The translations under genes were made by a program, and so were the position numbers. DNA of 32,278 nt from Octopus sinensis (Eukaryota). The stretch lies in the NCBI RefSeq assembly GCF_006345805.1, contig NW_021832792.1:1-32278 (forward strand), given 5' to 3'. Under the pieces are notes generated by a model. It ran no database searches, was not told the DNA's origin, and worked only from the letters and a program-made list of their open reading frames with translations. Shown one piece after another: positions 25,422 through 32,278 of the stretch; the stretch's first letter is position 1; each line of letters opens with the position of its first letter.

Positions 25422-25694
25422 AACATATAATCTAACACTCCCTAACATATATTCATTATTCCTTTCTTGCTAGTTTCATGCGTGGGGACGTAACTGATAT
25501 TGTAAATCATTTGTTAAAGGATTTCACCAAATGCTTTCAGGTGCACATTTTCTGACTCATTCTGCATTATTGGTAACTTCCCAGGAATATATATTCACAA
25601 ACTAATGCAAATAAAGAAAGTTAGCTCATCAGATCGCCGGAAATTCATGGTCATCCCCAAAATGCAACTCTAAATATACACACATTTCTTTATA

Positions 25695-25912
25695 CAGTAA
25701 CCCCACGTCATAGCGCTGTTCACCTATCGCGGTTCACCTATCACGGCTTACTTAAGCTTACGTGGATTCCCCTGTAGTGTTGTTTTGCATTTATAATGAA
25801 ATAAATATATGCAAATTATAAAAATGATAAAAGAAAATATACAGTACTGTTTCTATCTCACGGATTTCATCCATCGCGGAGGTTTCGAAACGTAACACTC
25901 AAGGAATTACTG
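25695..25912. mobile_element. pogo/Tigger-like (Tc1-mariner superfamily) MITE
   Basis: TA|CAGTAACCCC ... GGAATTACTG|TA termini; internal tandem GTTCACCTATC(G/A)CG; AT-rich core; no ORF. Confidence 0.7.
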
Positions 25913-26524
25913 TATATACAATGTATGGGGACTAGACAAAATTGGCTTCATTTGGTCAGGAAGAATAAAAATATGTTGCTTCTTTACAATTAAGTTAAAA
26001 CGTTAAATAAAAATCCAAGGAATTGATTATCCTGAAGGACAGCGAAAGGCAAGAAGATAGCAGAAATCGAAATACAAGCAGTTAAAATATAAATTGTGTT
26101 CCATTGTACAATGCCGAGCATACATACTAATGCAAGCAGGTACGCAAAATTTCCTCCCCACTGAAATTGATACTACATGAATAAGGCTGCGAAACGGCAG
26201 TAAGCCTAAGGATATCACGTGGTTAATTAAATACATATTCACATCTTATACCCCCTGAATTTATGGTTTATATACTCTTCCGGAAATCATTCCATCGATA
26301 GGAACTCGTCAAACTCTTCTTCACAGACGTTCAACATTGCACTACTTATAATGGAATACAATGTAGACTGCTAGACGAGTCTGTAGGAGGAGCTTACTGT
26401 GATAATCGCACGATATTCGGAATCTACATCTTGTGGGTGTATGTGTATGTATGTATATGTATATGTATGTATGTATATATATATATGCATATTGTAATCA
26501 ATACCACTAAATCGCTTGAAATAG

Positions 26525-26573
<49 letters not shown>

Positions 26574-26929
26574 CCCTATGTGGTAACTTTAACCCCAGTA
26601 CACATCACTCCAGATAAAAGAAGAAAGCATTCTATGCTGTATTCTCAAATAAGCCAAGACAAAATGAAAGGGATTTTCGCCCCCTTATATGTACATATGT
26701 CATTATTTAATGTTCTTTCAAGATTTCTTGCCAATGGAGAAAGAGACGGTTTCTAACCTAGATTCAAGGCTCTTCCACAGGAATTTCACCTGTTTGCATG
26801 TGAGTATGTCTATAGTATTTGGTGTGAGTGCATGTACAGATTTGCATATTTTGTTTTATGTATTCTCACACATGTATGTGTATGTATGTATATATATATA
26901 CAGAGAGAGAGAGAGATAGATAGGTAGAT

Positions 26930-26971
<42 letters not shown>

Positions 26972-26984
26972 TTCTTTTAAAACT

Positions 26985-27130
26985 TTAGTAGCTTCATAAC
27001 GAAGTTGCAGCCTTACTGGGACACCGTCGTTAGCTTTGATGTAGTTGTCCTCATCCACGTTTCCTGCAACGAGCTAGGTTTATCCGGAACTCCTTACAGG
27101 AAGAGATCCAGTCTTGTCTTGAAGACAGCT
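26985..27130 (-). mobile_element. CR1-group LINE extreme 3' fragment, same family as 7005-7822
   Basis: Minus strand reads AVFKTRLDLFL*GVPDKPSSLQETWMRT, homologous to ELDILLSTITDEPTVQHEVQTR in the 7 kb copy, followed by ACGGTGTCCCAGTAAGGCTGCA, which resembles the GGTGCTCCAGCATG tail. Confidence 0.75.
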
Positions 27131-27223
27131 ATATGTATGTATACATACATATATACTGTCACACACAGGCACACACTCATACATAAACACAAATATTATT
27201 ATATATCACCTAGATTTCTTATA

Positions 27224-27478
27224 GTGGAGGTGCGTGGCTTAGAGGTTAGGGTATCAGCATCATGATCGTAAGATTGTGGTTTCGATTCCTGGACCGGGCG
27301 ACGCGTTGTGTTCTTGAGCAAAACACTTCATTTCACGTTGCTCCAGTCCACTCAGCTGGCAAAAATGAGTAACGCTGCGATGGACTGGTGTCCCGTCCAG
27401 CTGGGGAACACATACGCCATTGAAATCAGGAAACAGGGCCCATGAACCTGGCTAGGCTTTAAAAGGGCGAGAAGTAGA
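27224..27478 (+). mobile_element. tRNA-derived SINE with perfect 12-bp TSD
   Basis: Head GTGGAGGTGCGTGGCTTAGAGGTTAGG ... GGTTTCGATTCCTGG; body TTCTTGAGCAAAACACTT...GCGATGGACTGGTGTCCCGTCCAG. AGATTTCTTATA duplicated at 27212-27223 and 27479-27490. Confidence 0.9.
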
Positions 27479-27494
27479 AGATTTCTTATAAGGG

Positions 27495-27680
27495 GAAGGT
27501 GGAATGATCTGCTAAAAATAGCAACTAAAACCTATTTAAATCATACCTTATCCTCTTAAGAATAGCAATGACCAGATTTATATTCTAGTCTTTGATGTAT
27601 AACGAAAAGGAAGAAAAAGGTGGGATGGTCATAGATGGATATCCTTTCATTATAAATTTACTTCTTGAGGGCTAACTAGA
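27495..27680 (+). repeat. Family D interspersed repeat
   Basis: GCTAAAAATAGCAACTAAA...AAATCATA and GGGATGGTCATAGATGG...GGGCTAAC. Confidence 0.5.
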
Positions 27681-28029
27681 AGCTATATAACTGCAAAAGT
27701 AACAAAAAGATGGAAAGCAGAATTATTGTGTAGTAGTACTAAAGAGGAAGTTGGAAGGGTAGCTCCTAAAGAATTATTTAGTGACTTAACCACCGACACT
27801 AAAGTAGCGTAATACAGTGAACTGAACCAAGGTGTACACAGCAACTTGTCTGGTTGTCCGGTAACTTAAGTGGGAGAATTTTCTTCTTGAAGTGAGTGAG
27901 TGAAACAGAGTTTAGACAGAGGCATAAACGTCTGCAAAAATGTATGTCATTAAAATTTATAGCCCCAATCTACATGGAAACATACTCCCCCCCCCCTAAA
28001 AGTTATCTTATCAACCTAACCAAGTAGAG

Positions 28030-28159
28030 GGTCACTTCGTGGTCGCTCAGTATAAGGGAAAATGACAGACAAATCTCCTTCAAATCATATCACACCTTGT
28101 TTAATAAAAAAGATTCATTGCATGATATAATTATACATATACTCTATGTGACAACAAGC

Positions 28160-28192
<33 letters not shown>

Positions 28193-28194
28193 TT

Positions 28195-28238
<44 letters not shown>

Positions 28239-28420
28239 ATAATAACAATAATAATAATAATATTAATAATAATAATAATAATAGTAGTAATAGTAGTAGT
28301 AGTAGTAATAATAATAATAATAATAATAATAATATGGAAAGCTGAATAGTGACTGTTCAAATGTATTTTGATCTGCCTGTCTGCTCGTTAGGAACTAGCC
28401 TAGGGCTAAACAATAACAAG
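28030..28420 (+). repeat. Family D repeat split by an internal (AAT)n/(AGT)n array
   Basis: 5' part CAAATCTCCTTCAAATCAT, microsatellite about 28161-28335, 3' part TTTGATC...CTGCTCG...GGGCTAAACAATAACAA. Confidence 0.5.
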
Positions 28421-28920
28421 TGTCTTATCAACTATTCAAACACCGAGTCCAGTTTGTTTTGCCTCGTGTATATATGTCTGTTTACATATATATGTGTGTG
28501 TGTGTGTGTGTATGTACATATACATACACATCAAAATATATATGTATATTGAGAGTGAGAGAGGGTGGGGGAAAGGTGCATAAACAACTTCCGTTATTGA
28601 ATAGGAAAAAACTCAATGACATTGATGGTTCCCATGAGATGTATGGAATACTCTAATACCGCTGAGACCATCAACGTATCGATATCTAAAATCAAAGAAA
28701 TCAACAAAGAGCCAATCAATATTTGTAACATAAAGAAATCAATCGATATTTTTGCCAAATATTTCTTCGCACATTTTTATCATTTCTTCTCTCGCTAAGG
28801 GATCATTCTCCTAAATATTAAAATTCAGGTATCCCTAAGGTACACAAAATTTAATCAATCGTTTTTTTAAATATTCTAATGGAATTTTTCATTTTGCGAA
28901 CGAAAACTAAATCTAGTTCC

Positions 28921-29950
28921 TGTGGTAGAGTATCGAATATTATACGAAGAAAGGGTGTTAAACCCTTGGTTAATCCCTCCGAACTGACATGCGCTGAATA
29001 TCAGCTATGATCGCTCCCTGCGTATAGTTGCTGATTTAGCTAATCTTGTTTCTATCCCTGATAAATTTATTTCTGTATTCGTAGAAAACGCCATTTCTTT
29101 TTAGGCAGACGACACCTGGTGACTTCCTTAACAAGCGCCCTCTAACGTGAGATCGTTTTGGGTCAGATCTCAGCATGTGGTATATAGGTTAGATGCTCGA
29201 CCATTATGTTACGTCATCAGCCCACAGCTGATGGAAACTGTCATGCTGAGGCTTGCCCGAGTTAATACCAAGTAAGCCGACAGTTCGTTAGACGTTGCAG
29301 AATCGTTGCGGCAGCCATGTTTACAAATTATGTAATGTCTCGGTAGCGGATAATGTTTACGATCGCCAACAAAGTTTAGAAGAGTAACTCCAAATATTAT
29401 TTGCCCGACAATTAGAAACCTATTATTGGCGTTCTTCATACATATACTCATATGTGTCAATTCTTGGTAAATGCATATAGATAAGCTATTATAATATAAG
29501 AGCGAATGAAAATCCTTTACATGTCATCTGAAATTCCGTGACATGTCACTGCTGACAGACGTATCCTATCTTCACAACAACTGGCCAAGGACAGAGATTC
29601 GGTCTTGCCTGCTATACTTTCAGTAGTAGCATATTAAAGTTAGCAACTATTAAAGTTACGAACTTACACGCCGTTGCACCTTCCCGTCGTTCTTCAATAA
29701 ATTTCGACAATAGTTCTTCTCAGCAACTGATTAACGTATTTTAGTAACGAATTTTAGTAACAATTTATTTTGCTTTAATTTCAGAACCATTAACATATGT
29801 GAAAATGATGCAAATTTTTCGACAATCGAACTCATAAGTTATGTATCCGTTTGCTAAAATGACACTGAATAACCAAGATATCTAAGATTTGGAAACGACG
29901 CTTCGAATTAAAACAATCATCAACCGATTTTAAACAAACACACATATAAA
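28921..29950. promoter_or_regulatory. CpG-rich, repeat-free island; candidate promoter or first-exon region
   Basis: 26 CpG in 28921-29460 by manual count; no recognisable TE; TTACGTCA, two TGTTTAC, minus-strand AAACATGGCTGCC and a GTAAGT donor. Confidence 0.35.
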
Positions 29951-30089
29951 GGGGAGTGCATCGATATACGTGCATGCATATATAGTCACAGGTCTCTATG
30001 GCTACGTGTACGTACATATCTATATGTAAGTATGTATGTATGCCCGTACATATACGGGGGAGGGGTGTAAGTATATAGAAACATACATA

Positions 30090-30154
30090 TTCATCTATAT
30101 AGATATTGATAGATAGGTAAATAGATAGAAAGGTAGGTAGGTAGGTAAGTAGAC

Positions 30155-30213
<59 letters not shown>

Positions 30214-30270
30214 GGATAGATAGATAGATAGATAGATATATAAATATTGATAGATAGATATATAGATATG
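30090..30270. repeat. (GATA)n/(GGTA)n microsatellite
   Basis: Directly visible. Confidence 0.95.
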
Positions 30271-30739
30271 CATATTTTACTTAATGTGAATATAGTGTAA
30301 AAAATGTCATAACATTTGAAGAAACATCTGGTATGAACGTATGTAGATTATTGATCACTCTGTCTATCTATCTATCTATCTATCCATTTATCTATTTATC
30401 TATCTATATATCAATCTATATATATATATATCTTTCTTCTTTTCTTTTTCTTCATAACTATATACCTGTCTATATATATATATATGCAGACACACTTATA
30501 ATGTATACATTCATGTATGTGTGTGTGTGGATTCACATTTGGTTATGTGTTTTCTTAAGGATAATACTCACACATCTGAGGAATGATAAGCTAACAGAAC
30601 ATTTCTGCATTTCTTTAATAATTATTATAACATATATTTTAGCTTCACCTTGTTATTTGATTATTATTCTTTTCAACTTAATTATGGATCGAAATGAGAA
30701 TTCATATATGGGTATTTCCTCTAATGAATTCCTAAAGAT

Positions 30740-31233
30740 ATAAGTGTATGTGTGTGTGTGTGTGTGTTTGTGCATATATATCTATATATCTATATATATG
30801 TATGTATGTATGTATGCATATATGTTTGTATATATACATACATCGATATATGCATACATTCAAAGACATATACATGCATATATATAAACAACCCTTCTTA
30901 TCTTCAGCTTCTGAAAATATAAACATAAACCAAATTCTTGTATGTATGTAGGTATGTATGTATGTATGAATGTATGTATTATTGTATGTATGAATGTATG
31001 TATGCACATATATATATATTCAAGCATGCACACAGGTATGCATCTAAGTATGCTAGTTTGTATGTATGTATGTATGTGTGTATGTATGTATGTATGCATA
31101 AATATATTGGCCCATCTATTTATCAACATATATGTCTATATATCTATCTCTGTCTCACGGTCATACATACCTCTATATATAAATACATTACTACTTACAT
31201 ACACATATAAATACATACATACAAACATATATA

Positions 31234-31276
<43 letters not shown>

Positions 31277-31613
31277 TATAAATACATATCACTCATGACT
31301 ACATATATCCATTATACATCAGGGAACATGATACCAAATTAAAGATCACTATGTATTCTTTACATGTTCATATACACCTACATATATGTGATGTATTTCA
31401 TAGGAATAAACGGGAACATTTGACTGCGAGTATTGGAGATGAAAGACTCTCGTTGCTACCCTATGTTTTTTTTATCTTATTTGTTTACCAGCAACTATTT
31501 CTGAACAAGGCTAAAACCTAAATACATGTACATGAACAGAAACACAAACATAGTGTCAGTGTATATGTATATATATGTACTATATATGTATAAATACATG
31601 CATATATGTACGC

Positions 31614-31693
<80 letters not shown>

Positions 31694-31695
31694 CA
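30740..31695. repeat. Compound TATG/TA/GT low-complexity blocks
   Basis: Directly visible, interrupted by a unique spacer at about 31300-31555. Confidence 0.8.
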
Positions 31696-31875
31696 GGGAG
31701 AGTTTACGAAAAAAACATAAGACGAAGACAGGTGGTGTACAAAACAAACAAATGTATTAGTATAACGCTCAGGAGTAGAAAGAGTCTTTTACGTTTCGAG
31801 CCTACGCTCTTCTACAGAAAGGGACACAGAAAAACAAGGAGAGAAAAAAATGTGTGTAGTGGCTAACTATCTACG
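31696..31875 (-). mobile_element. Probable Penelope-like terminal-repeat remnant with a hammerhead-like motif
   Basis: Contains CTTT-CTGTAGA-A-GAGC-GTAG-GCTC-GAAACGTA-AAAG (31821-31786); homologous degenerate copy at 7830-7995. The Penelope assignment is inference from the known hammerhead association. Confidence 0.45.
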
Positions 31876-31879
31876 ATAT

Positions 31880-31942
31880 GATTGATTGATTGATTGATTC
31901 TAGTTTCAGCTTATGAGCTGTGGCCATGCTGGGGCACCGCCA
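31880..31942 (-). mobile_element. LINE/SINE 3' tip with (AATC)n tail
   Basis: Minus strand GGCGGTGCCCCAGCATGGCCACAGCTCATAAGCTGAAACTAG followed by (AATC)n; shares GGTGCYCCAGCATG with 7005-7822 and 25091-25421. Confidence 0.6.
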
Positions 31943-32278
31943 TTTAATATATATATATATATTCATACACGCACATACGTATATGTAGACAGATAGATTT
32001 AGATGCAGATTTAGATATAGATATATAGGTATATCTATACATGTAATGTTATGTGGGCAATTATACATGCATGCTTGTATGTATGCATATATGTATATCT
32101 TCGCTTGTTTTGGCTGCTCCACTGGAATTGCATTGAACCCCTCGTGGTCGACTTCTGTGCATAATAACAGATTCAATTACTCCTCGAACTCTTACTACCA
32201 CTGAAAGGTGTCTGCCGCAGTTCACTCAAAACATATCGTGGTGTTTTTGATCAGATGGAATATACCTGTATATACATA

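Noticed and set aside
28604-28798. KKSIDIFAKYFFAHFYHFF, resembling the M4 helix of Cys-loop receptors
   Set aside because: Lacks the conserved FP and NxxYW, and no other receptor exons are seen in the window.

Overview
AT-rich, microsatellite-dense eukaryotic DNA with no confidently callable host protein-coding gene. The repeat families match what I recall of Octopus tRNA-derived SINEs and LINEs, so a cephalopod intron or intergenic region is the best reading; this rests on recall, not a database search. Almost all ORFs in the supplied track are translations of (TA)n, (CA)n, (TATC)n, (TATG)n or (AAT)n arrays. The only recognisable protein-coding sequence is decayed transposon: a ~2 kb minus-strand R4/Dong-type LINE (RT, CCHC, restriction-like endonuclease) ending in ~235 bp of (TAA)n, two CR1-group LINE 3' fragments and a mariner-derived MITE. 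Many SINEs share swapped modules, and two keep perfect 12-13 bp target-site duplications. The best leads are minimal hammerhead-ribozyme-like motifs (16279-16326 +, 31786-31821 -, a half copy near 20.47 kb -), SINE module shuffling, SINE/LINE shared tails, and a CpG-rich repeat-free island at ~28.9-29.95 kb that may hold a promoter or first exon. I see no evidence of a wholly new multi-gene system.
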